A DNA stretch of 64,000 nt from Octopus bimaculoides (Eukaryota): NCBI RefSeq assembly GCF_001194135.2, contig NC_069000.1, forward strand, positions 18,548,655-18,612,654, given 5' to 3'. Every line of letters starts with the position of its first letter. The first letter of the stretch is position 1. The position numbers and the translations under genes were made by a program. The notes below the pieces were generated by a model. The model ran no database searches. It was given only the letters and a program-made list of their open reading frames with translations, and was not told where the DNA came from. Positions 52,171-64,000 of this stretch are shown piece after piece.

Positions 52171-53084
52171 TCACAAAGATGACTTAATTGGCAGTGGAAG
52201 AGAATGTTCTGAAAATTGCATTGATAAAATGAATACCAGTCGAGTACTGGGCTTCATGTAATCGGCTAGCCCCTTTATCCAAAATTCAGGCTTTGTGTCA
52301 GTAGTAGAAAGAATTACCATCATTCTCACCATCATCATGTAGTAGTATAGCTTCTTTAATAAAGCACATTTGTAGCAAGTGTATGTTTGTTGTAATAGCA
52401 TAATTATATTGATACTTTACAAAAAGAAGATTGATTTATTTACTTGTAGATACTTGAAAAGCATATTAAATATGCCCAAAGAGCAATAAACCTACAAATT
52501 GGTGGTAAAAAAAAAATATCTAAAAAAGTACTTCAAGTTAATTGGCTGCTTTTTAATCTTTAATCTTCTAGTAGCTGTATGGTGATGAAGACTTTTTAGA
52601 CTAAGAGGGTATGGCTAATTGGATTTTTGAGCAAAGTTAGACCACAGGGTTGTGGTTAATTGGGCTGTTAAGAACAATAAACTATGAGAATGTGTTAGAC
52701 CATGTTCTCAAAATAGTTGATTAAACTGTTAAGACCATGGGGCTGTGGTTGATTGGAATGAATGGATACAAACATATGGAGTGGAACAAATATTGATGAC
52801 TGATTAAATCAGTCTGATATGAAAATAAAGAAAGAGATCTAAATTAAGCAAATCAAAACAACTGTTGTACTAATGTCAAATGTAAAGGATTTTTTATAAA
52901 TTGAAATCTTGCTCCTAGTGTTACATTTTTGTATCCCTACTTCATCTTACAAAAATATTTCACCCAACTACATGGTTCTGGGTTCAGTCCCATGGTATGG
53001 CACCATGGGTAGTTGTCACACACTATCTATCTGTACTCAAGGTGTAACAGTTGAGAACTGATGTTACCTATTACACTTTTACTC

Positions 53085-53625
53085 GTTTCAGTCATTTGAC
53101 TGCAGCCATGCTGGGGCACCGCCTTTAGTCGAGTAAATCGACCCCAGGACTTTTTGTAAGCCCAGTACTTATTCTATCGGTCTCTTTTGCCGAACCGCTA
53201 AGTGACGGGGACATAAACACACCAGCTTCGGTTGTCAAGCAATGCTAGGGGGACAAACACAGACACACAAACACACACATATATATATATATATACATAT
53301 ATACGACGGGCTTCTTTCAGTTTCCGTCTACCAAATCCATTCACAAGGCTTTGGTCGGCCCGAGGCTATAGTAGAAGACACTTNNNNNNNNNNNNNNNNN
53401 NNNNNNNNNNNNNNNNNNNNNNNNNNNNNNNNNNNNNNNNNNNNNNNNNNNNNNNNNNNNNNNNNNNNNNNNNNNNNNNNNNNNNNNNNNNNNNNNNNNN
53501 NNNNNNNNNNNNNNNNNNNNNNNNNNNNNNNNNNNNNNNNNNNNNNNNNNNNNNNNNNNNNNNNNNNNNNNNNNNNNNNNNNNNNNNNNNNNNNNNNNNN
53601 NNNNNNNNNNNNNNCCTGCGCCTAT
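53085..53625 (-). mobile_element. SINE family B copy (interrupted by gap 53384-53614)
   Basis: Collinear with 26905-27280 on both sides of the gap. Confidence 0.8.
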
Positions 53626-54400
53626 AGGTACAAAAATTTTCACTTGTGCGAAGGAAGGGTGGCATCACCTCCCAACGAAAGGATTTTGTGCAGTAGTTTT
53701 GGCGGGCAAGAATAAAGTTGGATACTTTTTGGATGCACCTCGTATATGCATGTTATGAGCGTTGTAAACAAATAGCTCTAAAGAGAACAAGCTGAGTATG
53801 TATGTGTGTGTGTATGCATGTATGTGTGTGTGTATGTATGTATGTGTGTATGTATGTATGTATGTATACAGAGATAGCGAGAGTGTGTGTGAGAGAAAGA
53901 AAGAAAGAGAGAGAGAGAGAGATTATTGGAAAGTGTTAGCCATGGTGTTATTAGAAGGTTCATCACTATTAAAAAAATTACCGAAGCTAAAGAAAGCACA
54001 GTAAAGTCTATTTGCCGACACAGTGTGGCAGTCCAACGCAGGACGATGTCACTATTTTTTAGCCCCAGGAAAACATTTTTTCCAGCTGGCTACCAACACT
54101 GTCATTAATAGCAAACGAAGCAGCTAGATACAAGCAATTTTGATAATTTTATGTTTTATTGTAAGAGTTGCCATTTAAGAAGCCACTTTTTCTTGAAACA
54201 GATAACTATGGTCCCAATTCCTGCTCATTTGTAACCATTTAATTCTACCTGTGTCTCCCTTGCTTACCTCACCCTATTACACACCAACGTCGTCTGCTTT
54301 GTAATTTTCTGTACAACTGCAGCATCAGCGGCAATAACAGTATTGCTGTTGTCTAATTATTCTCACTTGAAAGGATTCGAATTTCCTTCTAAAGAATGGC
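53600..54400. promoter_or_regulatory. CpG-rich putative promoter region, possibly bidirectional (AMPD on +, orphan exon on -)
   Basis: Visible CpG enrichment at ~53.6-56.2 kb against CpG-poor flanks, lying between two divergent ATG-initiated exons. No TSS data. Confidence 0.35.
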
Positions 54401-54538
54401 AAACTCCGTTAACATATCAACACCAACAGCGATTCCTGTTTCTGCCTCTCTCTGTCACCTTGTTTTTCTCTGTTCCTCCTCCTCCTCCCACCCCTCTCTC
54501 TTTCCGTTCCGTCCTATTTCTCCAAGTACTGTCGTCAG
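54396..54538 (+). CDS. AMPD2: Probable first coding exon of the AMP deaminase gene
   Basis: aagaATGG start, 143 nt open (MANSVNISTPTAIPVSASLCHLVFLCSSSSSHPSLFPFRPISPSTVV), donor GTCAG|gtgaaa in phase 2, which matches the phase-2 acceptor at 58909. Lies in a CpG-rich region. No recognisable homology. Confidence 0.5.
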
Positions 54539-56003
54539 GTGAAATTTCGAGGATGCAGTCAATGTTCACTGTCTAGCACAGTGTCTTTCACGGTTGTTCT
54601 GCATTGTACCACTGGCAATGTACGAACACGCAACTCCCTGAACCGAGAGGCGAACACCTTGTTCCCATATCCATTGCCAGCCACTTCTCACCACCACTGC
54701 TGCTGACAGTGTATGTATGTATGTAGGTGATGGTGATGATGATGATGGTGATTATTGATTATTATTGATGCCACTGCCACTGTTGCTGCTGATTTGACGC
54801 TGTTGATGCTGGGATCGTTGCCGTTTTAAACACAGCCATCTGGTTGTCGTATATATATTCCTAGTTTGTTTGTTTGCCGTCAATGTTGTTGATGTGGCAA
54901 TGTTTAGTTTGACCACAGACGANNNNNNNNNNNNNNNNNNNNNNNNNNNNNNNNNNNNNNNNNNNNNNNNNNNNNNNNNNNNNNNNNNNNNNNNNNNNNN
55001 NNNNNNNNNNNNNNNNNNNNNNNNNNNNNNNNNNNNNNNNNNNNNNNNNNNNNNNNNNNNNNNNNNNNNNNNNNNNNNNNNNNNNNNNNNNNNNNNNNNN
55101 NNNNNNNNNNNNNNNNNNNNNNNNNNNNNNNNNNNNNNNNNNNNNNNNNNNNNNNNNNNNNNNNNNNNNNNNNNNNNNNNNNNNNNNNNNNNNNNNNNNN
55201 NNNNNNNNNNNNNNNNNNNNNNNNNNNNNNNNNNNNNNNNNNNNNNNNNNNNNNNNNNNNNNNNNNNNNNNNNNNNNNNNNNNNNNNNNNNNNNNNNNNN
55301 NNNNNNNNNNNNNNNNNNNNNNNNNNNNNNNNNNNNNNNNNNNNNNNNNNNNNNNNNNNNNNNNNNNNNNNNNNNNNNNNNNNNNNNNNNNNNNNNTTTG
55401 TATTACAGGTACAATTCATTCTGCTGGGCTTCCATACAGTTTCTGTATACCCAATTTAACTATCGAAACTTGGCTCGCTTCAAGGCTTATAAAGTACTTA
55501 TAAAGTAAAAGACACATATCCAAAATTCCACAAAGATCGACCCCAAAACTTCATGATTACGGAGTCCTTCTTAATCACTATCCCTTTCCCCCGTCTCACA
55601 TCAAAACATTTCGATAGCATGTTTGTTTTCTATTTGTTGTTTTGTAACATATTTTTATTGAATTTCATTGACTTTGTTATATGGAGTGTTGTTCTTTAAC
55701 TCCTGGTCACCTTTGATCGAACAGATTTCTCATCAAATACATTACAACCGCGACCATCTCGTCAATTTTAGGATTATGTAGGACTTACATTATCTCGTAT
55801 TATTTCCTTATTTAAGGGGAAAGGGTGTGATTTATGGGTAGGTTGGCTGTTATTTCTAGCAAAGTAAGGGATCATATACAGACTCCCATATTGGATCGCA
55901 TAGGATTTGAAATCTGATATTTTTTTTTACTGTATCGTATTGTCATTTTGGTAAATTTATGATATTAAAAAAAAAAATTATCCAATTACTAGCTTTGGTA
56001 GAA

Positions 56004-56495
56004 ATGGACTATATGTAATCTGAACCTTTCCCCACCTTATTTATTTTTTTTTTTTTTACGGGTTCCCACGTTTTAGGCTATGGAGATTCCGATTCTGAAA
56101 CAAAATTTTCAAAAATCTAAAATTCAAAATTTCGATCCCCCACCCCTTCCGCATTTAAAAAAAATTTTCCGGAAATTTTTTTTATGCATAAAAAAATACG
56201 GAGATTATGATTCTGAAANNNNNNNNNNACATGCTAGAAATAACAGCCAAATCTCACAAAACTAGTGTTAGGGTTAGGGTTAGGGTCAGGGTTAGGGTTA
56301 GGGTTAGGGTTAGGGTTTGAGTTAGGTTTACCCTGTGGATCTATATAAAAACCGGGGGTGGGGGAATCGAAATTTTGAAATTGAGATTTTTGAAATTTTT
56401 TTTTCAGAATCGGAATCTCCATAGCCTAAAATGTGGGATTCCGTAAAAAAAGATAAAAAATAAGTGGGGAAAGGTTCAGATTACATATAGTCCAT
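56004..56495. mobile_element. Foldback element with ~143-nt inverted arms enclosing telomeric repeats
   Basis: 56004-56146 and 56354-56495 are reverse complements; a 10-N gap lies at 56219-56228. Confidence 0.7.
56268..56327 (+). repeat. Interstitial telomeric repeat (TTAGGG)n
   Basis: Seven perfect TTAGGG units plus TCAGGG, TTTGAG and TTAGGT variants. Confidence 0.95.
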
Positions 56496-57957
56496 CTGGA
56501 CCCTTCTTTCAGTTTCTGTCTAGCAAATCCATTCAAAAGGCTTTAGTTGGCCAGGGCTCTAGTAGAAGATACTTGTCCAAGTTGCCACACAGTAGGACTG
56601 AACCCAGAACCATGTGGTTGGGAAGGAAGCTTCTTACCACACAGCCATGCCTGTGTCTATATGTATGTGTGTGTTAATGTTAGTATTTGTTAATCTTTTT
56701 TCTGTGTCTCCATCTTTACCAATTCACTGCCTGATTTTTCCCTACATATAAGAAAAAAAACAAACAAATTCTTGTATGCAACACAATATATTTCATAACA
56801 TTAATTGCCTTATCTATTAATTAAACCTCAGTGCCTTTGAAAGGAGAATAAATGTAAAAAAAAAAAACAGTGTGAATGTTGCTAAATAATTCTTCCAACT
56901 TCCAAAATATGTCCCTACAGCAATTCCCAGATTTTATTTTTGAAATCCTGAAATTTCCCATAAATTATGAATTTAAAAAAAAAATCTGTTTAACTACTTA
57001 CCAGACAATTAATCTAGATTAAATAAAATTATTAAAAAACAAAAAGGGAAAAATATAAAAATAAAGTTCTGAAATAAAACTTATAGAATTACGGTTTGAT
57101 TGTACATCCTGATCTACCTGACTGATAACCAAAGGCATTCCAGTCATAACTATGCTATCATTTTAAGACACAGTATACCTAGGAATACATTTTTCAATGT
57201 ATTCTTCCTTTTTATTAATTGGTTCACTGTGATTTTAGAGAGATTTGTCTTCTATTTCTAGCAGGTTAATTCACTACATAGATGCTTCTTTGTTGACTTG
57301 GCCATTTTTGTTTATATTGCCATACAGTTGAAGCTTGGTTATTTGATAGCTCTATTCATCAGACTCAGCAAGTCTCAGGTATTTGATATCCAAATGTCCA
57401 CATATGTTATTGATTAATAAATCACAAACCAGATTTGACCAAAGCATTATTATTTCCAGTTCAAGGCAATGCTAGCAAGCTTTTATTGCTGTTATAGTTG
57501 TGTGTGTGTGTGGGGGGGGGTACATATGTATGTATGTGTTCATGCATATATGTATGCATGTACATATGCACATATATATGCATGTACATATGCACATACA
57601 TGTACTTGCACACATACATATGTTCGTGCACTTGCACATATACTTCCACTCACCTGTTAAATCATACCTAAATACACACATACACATGCGAATACATGCA
57701 CATACATGTAAAAGTACACATATATGCTTGGTATTAACATAAACACACACACGCAATCATACATACAATTATATGCATCACTGTGAATAACAGTATATTT
57801 AGAAGCAGGCATTTACAGTTATACACTTTACATGTCTATACATTTATTTACAAAATTACATATATGCAGAATACTTGCATATATGATACTCACATATCTA
57901 ATTTTATATTTCCAGAGAGAGCAATGAAAGAGATATGTTCAAACAAATAAAATACAG

Positions 57958-57988
<31 letters not shown>

Positions 57989-58908
57989 CATACACATGGT
58001 TTAAAAATTTTGGCACAAGGCCAGTAATTTTAGGCAAGTGATAAGTCAATTAAATAAATCCCTGTGCTTAACTGGTAGTTACTTTATTGAACCTAAAAGG
58101 ATGAAAGTAAAGTCGGCCTTGGTTGAGATTTGAACCCAGAATGCTAAGAGAAGAAATGCTGTTAAGCACATCATCCGATTCTGCCAGCTTTACTGCCTTA
58201 TGTACATGCATACATATACATACATATAAATACAGGCAAGGCTGAATGTTCAATCCCTAGTCTTGAAATGAGCAAAATCTTGTGAGTAAAATTTGATAGA
58301 CAGACATTGTGCTTAAACTTGTTGGAGAGACTGTTCTTGTTGTTGGGTAATAGACTTCATCCATCATCCAGTTTAACACTCAGTTTTTGGGGTTTTAGTC
58401 AAATTCACCTTATTTATTATAAGCATTTGTGCCAGGTCTCAGGCTTGAAGGTAACTTCTTCACTGCCTTCAACCGGTCCCAGAGACATTGAAAAACACTG
58501 AAACTAAAACCCTTTGAACTACTAATCTTAATTTGTTATTTAGGATCAAAAAGAATGAGACTGGCTGAAGTTCATCCCTTTTTTTGTTTTTAGGCACCTA
58601 AATGGCATAGTTCATAATTTTCAGGTATCTTAAACATTATCTTTCAAACTTGTTTAGTCCAGGTTAGTCCTGATAAACTAAAGCTATGACCAAAGGCATT
58701 CCAGGTGTGATTATCTTGTTTTTTATCCTTTTTAGTCAGAGTATATCCAGATCTAAGCTATCCAATGTAGCTTTTATCTGGTCACTATTTCTAGCTGATT
58801 AAGTGACCACACAGAAACTACCATGGTGGCTCACCATTTTAAAGTTTGTTTCAAATGGATAAAAAAATCTATACATTTTTTAACATTCTTCTCTTTCTCT
58901 TTATCTAG

Positions 58909-59089
58909 TTCCAGTCCTTGGATGCACTATAATGAACCTGAAGATGAAGCAAATCGCTGTTGGAAAAGAGCAGAGACCGTTCCAGATATTGACGAGACTA
59001 AATCTACCCCTGACATTGATCTGTCTCCAATGTTTGAAAGAATCTCCATAGTCAACAAATGTGGAGTTCAAGGAAAACATTTCAGTGGT
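58909..59089 (+). CDS. AMPD2: AMP deaminase, internal exon
   Basis: Polypyrimidine acceptor ttctctttctctttatctag (alternative ttccag at 58914, same phase) and donor AGTGGT|gtaagt. Encodes ..PWMHYNEPEDEANRCWKRAETVPDIDETKSTPDIDLSPMFERISIVNKCGVQGKHFSG; FERISI..CG corresponds to AMPD2 FQRVTISGEEKCG. The symbol denotes the closest vertebrate paralogue. Confidence 0.8.
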
Positions 59090-60990
59090 GTAAGTCTATA
59101 AATTCTGTAAATGCCGTTTCTTGTTATTGTTGTTGTTGTTGTGTGCACTCTGCACATCAGACTTGTTTGGGTTGATCTGTGTCATGTAAGTAATCATTTA
59201 AACAAAGTATTCAGTCAGCATTTCTAGTTGAAAGAACTGAGAGTTTAATTCCCAACTGATTCTTATATTTGGAATTTGGAATTATTTTATATAATCAGTT
59301 CATATATATGAATCCATGGTATTTTAAATGAAATAGATTTGTGACATTTGTTGGTGTTAAATGGAGACTTTATAGATCTTATCAGAGTTTCTAATGGCCA
59401 AAAATAGTTTTCTTAACATTCATTTAACCCCTTCAGCATTTAAACTGGCTATATCCAACCCAAATATTTTGTTCATGTTTTATGTTCAAACTGGCCAGAT
59501 CTAGCCTCTCATACTTACTCTACAATATCTTTCTAAAAATAATCACATTCATTGAAATCTTGAAGTTATGAGATAATGCATGATTAATTCCAAACAATGT
59601 GATAAAATAGGCATTACATTTGACAGAGTAATCTGGCCTAAAATCTGGCTGTATCTGGCCTAAATATTCTACCTGTTTTATGCTAAAACTTACCAGATCC
59701 AATCTCTCACACCTATCGTATAACATCATTCTAGAAGTATACAAGCATACCATTGAAAGCTTGAAGCTACAAATAATTTGTAATTAATTCAAAATAATGT
59801 GAATAAATAAGCAATACATTTGACAGAATGCTAAAAGGTTAAATTTCAAGCAAATTGTAGATATTTCCAATATATAATAATTTCTTATTCTGTGATTTCA
59901 TTTCATACAATGTGCAGTCATCTCCTACAACTCAGTAATTATTTTCTACACTGTGTAGCAAGTTGATACAATGTGTAATTATTTTCTATAATGCTTTCTA
60001 AAAGCCAGCAATAAATGTCAGGGTAACATTTATTGGTGTTGAGTGGGCACTTGGTTGATTTTACCAGAGTCTCTAATGGTGTCAGAAACAATTTTTTATC
60101 TAACTTTCACCTTTTTTTAAACTTTCAACCATTGATTGCTGATAATATCATCACTCCTTGTTCTTCCAATTTGCAGCAAATTGTAATCATACTGCACCAC
60201 TTTTATGGTTTCAACTTTTAAAATATTTCATATAATGTGTGGTTGTTTTATGCAAATGTGTAGTTATTTTACAGAAAGCAGAGAACAATGAAAATTTTTA
60301 AAATAGTGGTGATGATGACGGTGATAATGATATTGACAACATTAGTTCATATAATGTCTAACCATTTCATATACTGTGGTATCATTTCATACAATGCATA
60401 GTTATTTTCTATACAATGTGTAGTCATTCCATACAAATTGTAGTTATAAGATCATATCAGAGCAATAAGTCAATCTGTTACACCTTTTGCTGAGAAGTTG
60501 CAATTTCATGAAGTTGTCTTTGTTCAGCCCCAGGCATCCCAGAAAAAGCAGACAAATGATCAAAGGAATTTTAGCTATGGTTTGCTTTTACACATTGTAT
60601 ATCTAAGATTACATTATTCAATGTATTCTTCTCTTTTTATGTTTTTTACAATGGTATACTGTGATTTGAGGGGAATTTTGGCTGTTATTTCTAACAGTTT
60701 GAGTGACCACTTACAGGGATCTCTTGTTAGTTTGAACAACTACATGATGATGATGACGACGACGACTATGATAAAGGTGATGACAACAGTGACACCCTTT
60801 GAGATTCATAAAATAAGTACCAACTATGTTTTGGTGATAATTCAATACCCCCTCTCCTGCCACATACACATTGCCGTTTATAAATATGTGCCCTTCCTTG
60901 TACCAATGTAGGAAATCATTGTTTTAAATTAATTTAGCATTTAATGATTTGAATTTCACTCTCTTTCCCTTTTTCTGCTTCTCATGTTAG

Positions 60991-61183
60991 ATCCCACTGA
61001 AAGACCTCGAAGAAGCTTCCAAGAGCTTAGTCAAGGCGCTTACCATTCGAGAGAAGTACATGATGCTCTCTCAGCAGAGTTTCCCCCAAATCATCAACAG
61101 ATGTCTGCAGAGTGTGATTGACAAGAATGATTTCCACATGATTTCTGATGGTTGTGCTGCTTGTGAAAAGAAAACAATCAAAG
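60991..61183 (+). CDS. AMPD2: AMP deaminase, internal exon
   Basis: Acceptor ttttctgcttctcatgttag and donor AAAG|gtaaat; phase 0 entry matches the previous exon. Encodes IPLKDLEEASKSLVKALTIREKYMMLSQQSFPQIINRCLQSV.., matching AMPD2 [31 protein letters not shown]. The gene continues beyond the window. Confidence 0.92.
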
Positions 61184-61479
61184 GTAAATAATATTGGATA
61201 ATAAATGCCATTCCTTCCTTCCTTCCTTCTTTACTTTCTTCTCTTCCTTACTTCTTTCTGTAAAATGAGAAGAGGAGATAGTGTCAGGTATTGAAGATAA
61301 AGAGATTTAGGAAAAATTATATACCCGTGTGTGTTTGTGTATAGGAGTGAGGAGTGGTGTTTCTGTACACATACAATGTAGAGAGTGCTGAAGACTTGAA
61401 GTGGTTGTTTCTTATTTATCTTATATGACTATACATGAATGTGAAGCTAAAGCTTCATTCTGTCACTCCTACAATGCCT

Positions 61480-61855
61480 GACACATAACTGTGTTACAGT
61501 GAACTGGCAAAAGGCAAGCATACAAAAGGTGGGCAGAACAAGTGCTTCAAAGACATACTCAAAGCCTCACTGAAGTGCTTTCATATCAACCACAACACCT
61601 GAGAAATGCAAGCACAGGACTGTCCTGCCTGGTGTATCTGTACCAACATAGATGCCACCTCCTACAAACAAAACAGGATCACAGGAGCACAAAGTCCAGA
61701 GCTAACTCCTTGCCTTCATTTCCAGCAGACCACCAGTACCCAATCTGTAGCAGAACTTTCCGAGCATGCATTGGACTGATTGGCCATAGTTGGATACACT
61801 GTGACTCATCTCCCATGTGATGTCTTTAGTCATCAACGACAACGATGGACAAACA
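61480..61855 (+). mobile_element. RTE/BovB-like LINE 3' end
   Basis: ELAKGKHTKGGQNKCFKDILKASLKCFHI..AQDCPAW followed by terminal finger CPICSRTFRACIGLIGHSWIH and a short caacgacaacga tail. Confidence 0.75.
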
Positions 61856-61901
61856 TTATTATGTTATGCTATATTATTATGTTATCATTATTATTATTAT
61901 T

Positions 61902-62120
61902 AAGGTGGTGAGCTGGCAGAATTGTTAAAATTGGGTAAAATGCTTTGCGGAATTTTGTCTGCCCTTACATTCTGAGTTCAAACTCTGCTGAGGTCGACTT
62001 TGCCTTTCATCCTTTCAGGGTCGATAAATTTCAGTACCAGTAAAACACTGGGGTTGATGTAATTGACTAGTTTCCTCCACCAAGATTTCAGGCCTTGTAC
62101 CTTTAGTAGAAAAGACTATT
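61902..62120 (+). mobile_element. SINE family A, plus-strand copy
   Basis: aaggtggtgagctggcagaattgtt..ttctgagttcaaactctgctgaggtcgactttgcctttcatcctttcagggtcgataaa..gactattatt. Confidence 0.85.
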
Positions 62121-62155
62121 ATTAATATCATCATCATCATCACTAACTATATGCT

Positions 62156-62490
62156 GAGACCCCCTTCGGTCATGACTGACCATGGGATTGCACCTAGAAA
62201 GTTATCCTCCCAGGCACAAGTCTGGGCAAGGTTGTTTATGGAATACCAGCAGTTGCCCATGCATACTGGCCTCCTCTCTCCATGCCACTAGTGTAATCCA
62301 AGGGAAAGGCAAAGGTCGATACAGCTTGGCACCTGTGATGTCGCAACTCATTTCTACAGCTGAGTGAACTGGAGTAACATGAGACAGAGTGTCTTGCTCA
62401 AGAACACAACACGCAGTCTGGTCCGGGATTCGAACTCACAACCCCACAATCGTAAGTTCGACGCTCTAACCACTGAGCCATGCGCCTTCA
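62156..62490 (-). mobile_element. CORE-like SINE family C copy
   Basis: Collinear with 8332-8653; head tggctcagtggttagagcgtcgaac..gagttcgaatccc is intact. Confidence 0.85.
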
Positions 62491-62495
62491 CAGAC

Positions 62496-62528
<33 letters not shown>

Positions 62529-62697
62529 TACACACACACACACACACACACATGTATATTAAATTTGCAGGATTCAAGAGAATCAGGTACTTGAATAGTA
62601 AAGCAGCAAGGTCAGGTCGGTGATGTAACACTTTTGTTCATCAATAAAAGACATATCTGAAACAGCTGTATTGAGCTACAATAAATCTGTCGTTGTT

Positions 62698-62748
<51 letters not shown>

Positions 62749-62777
62749 GCATACATATATACATACATATATATATA

Positions 62778-63892
62778 TCTACTACATATGTGGAAAATCA
62801 GTGTGTGTTATTTTGTGGCGTTGTTAGCTAACTCTTCCTACATCATTTTATTGATTTTGATGAAACTTGAAACGTGAGTAGAAGTCATTCATGTCTGGAA
62901 ACCTCTTGACATACTTAGATTGTTGAAAAAATCGATGATACGGCCTCTGGACCTTTATATCTACCTCATATAACTATTTTTTTTAAACACTCAAGAGAAA
63001 TAACCCATAGCACCTGTATTGTATTTTACAAGGGAAATAACCCATAGTACCTGTACAATATTTAGCCCATAGCACCTGTACAATATTGATTTTTTGTGTC
63101 CAATTTCTAATTTTTGCAGACAATATCACTGTTATGCTTTATTTGAAACGTGAGTAGAACTCATGTCTGGAAACCTCATGACATACTTAGATTGTTGAAA
63201 AAAATCGATACTAGCATCCTTCCAATGGATCCTTCTATCTACTACATATTACTAATATATTATTTAAACAACCCAAGGGAAATAATCCATACCACCTGCA
63301 GATTTTAGCGAAGTGATCAATATTTGATTCTCACAATCAGCTAACCTAATTATGCATTTCACTACTCACAGTTCTGAACTGCTAAAATTTATTATTGCAC
63401 TTCCTTAATTTGAACCTTAAACATTAAATACTTCATTCATACATTTCTATACATACATACTCCGATAATTCTGCATTTTTACAGTTACACTTTTTCCATG
63501 ACAGTAGGTAAGTTTTTTATTCCACGACGTATCTGTAGTGGTTTCATGCAAGCATAGCGTGGATTCGATCCTCGATTGCCAAATTTCGCTTAACACTTCA
63601 ACGGCACTTTTCTCACGGTAAAACAATAGTTTTTCTGTGAAAGACAGCTGTTATACATTTCCCAGATGCTTTCGCTAAGCAGAACAATGTCTTTGCCTCT
63701 TGCCAACCTCTGCCAACCTCTCTCACGAACCTCCAACAATTTCTCCCTCCTCCAGCTGACAGTCTTTTATACATTTTTGTGACAGAAAATACACCTTTTG
63801 TGGCAGTTATAATGAAATTGCTTTCTAATATCAGAGTAATAAGGCATTTCAACAGAACATCTTTACCAGGAATTACTGGGTACACCAGCTAG
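62778..63892 (+). mobile_element. Degenerate non-autonomous Helitron-like element
   Basis: Starts A|TCTACTACATAT and ends accaggaattactgggtacaccagCTAG|T (decayed hairpin plus CTAG). Has an internal direct duplication (62855-62990 vs ~63140-63290). Confidence 0.6.
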
Positions 63893-63915
63893 TATATACA
63901 TATATATACATATCC

Positions 63916-64000
<85 letters not shown>

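Noticed and set aside
10451-56265. Long track ORFs containing X runs (e.g. 10451-11367, 13234-13989, 14456-15623, 25062-25591, 35852-36353, 53232-53715, 54870-55508)
   Set aside because: Artefacts of reading through assembly gaps (N runs).

Overview
This is AT-rich, microsatellite- and SINE-dense animal DNA with 8 assembly gaps. The repeat families and gene style suggest an octopod cephalopod (inference; no database search was possible). Three protein-coding loci are supported. (1) A minus-strand multi-exon C2H2 zinc-finger gene (exons 24555-24677, 21116-22498, 13038-13121, 6946-7193; all junctions GT-AG, phase 1, in frame). It carries the two BCL11-type N-terminal fingers (CCHC ZF0 and the SAW..LQHAQ finger) joined to a four-finger C-terminal array that looks more ZNF217/536-like. 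Its first exon is unresolved. (2) A minus-strand intronless 431-aa ORF (41313-42608) with two LOTUS/OST-HTH domains (TDRD5/TDRD7-like), no Tudor domain and a Cys-rich tail. (3) The 5' part of a plus-strand AMP deaminase (exons 58909-59089 and 60991-61183, probable first exon 54396-54538). The remainder is several tRNA-derived SINE families, decayed LINEs (RTE, CR1/Jockey-like, Tx1/L1), two non-autonomous Helitrons and several foldback elements, one enclosing TTAGGG repeats. The most interesting leads are the Tudor-less LOTUS gene and its possible nesting in or splicing to the BCL11-like gene, the BCL11/ZNF217 hybrid architecture, an orphan coding exon at 51557-51731, and an unexplained TTACGGCAG motif array at 38.6-39.6 kb. 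Coordinates of repeat copies are approximate.
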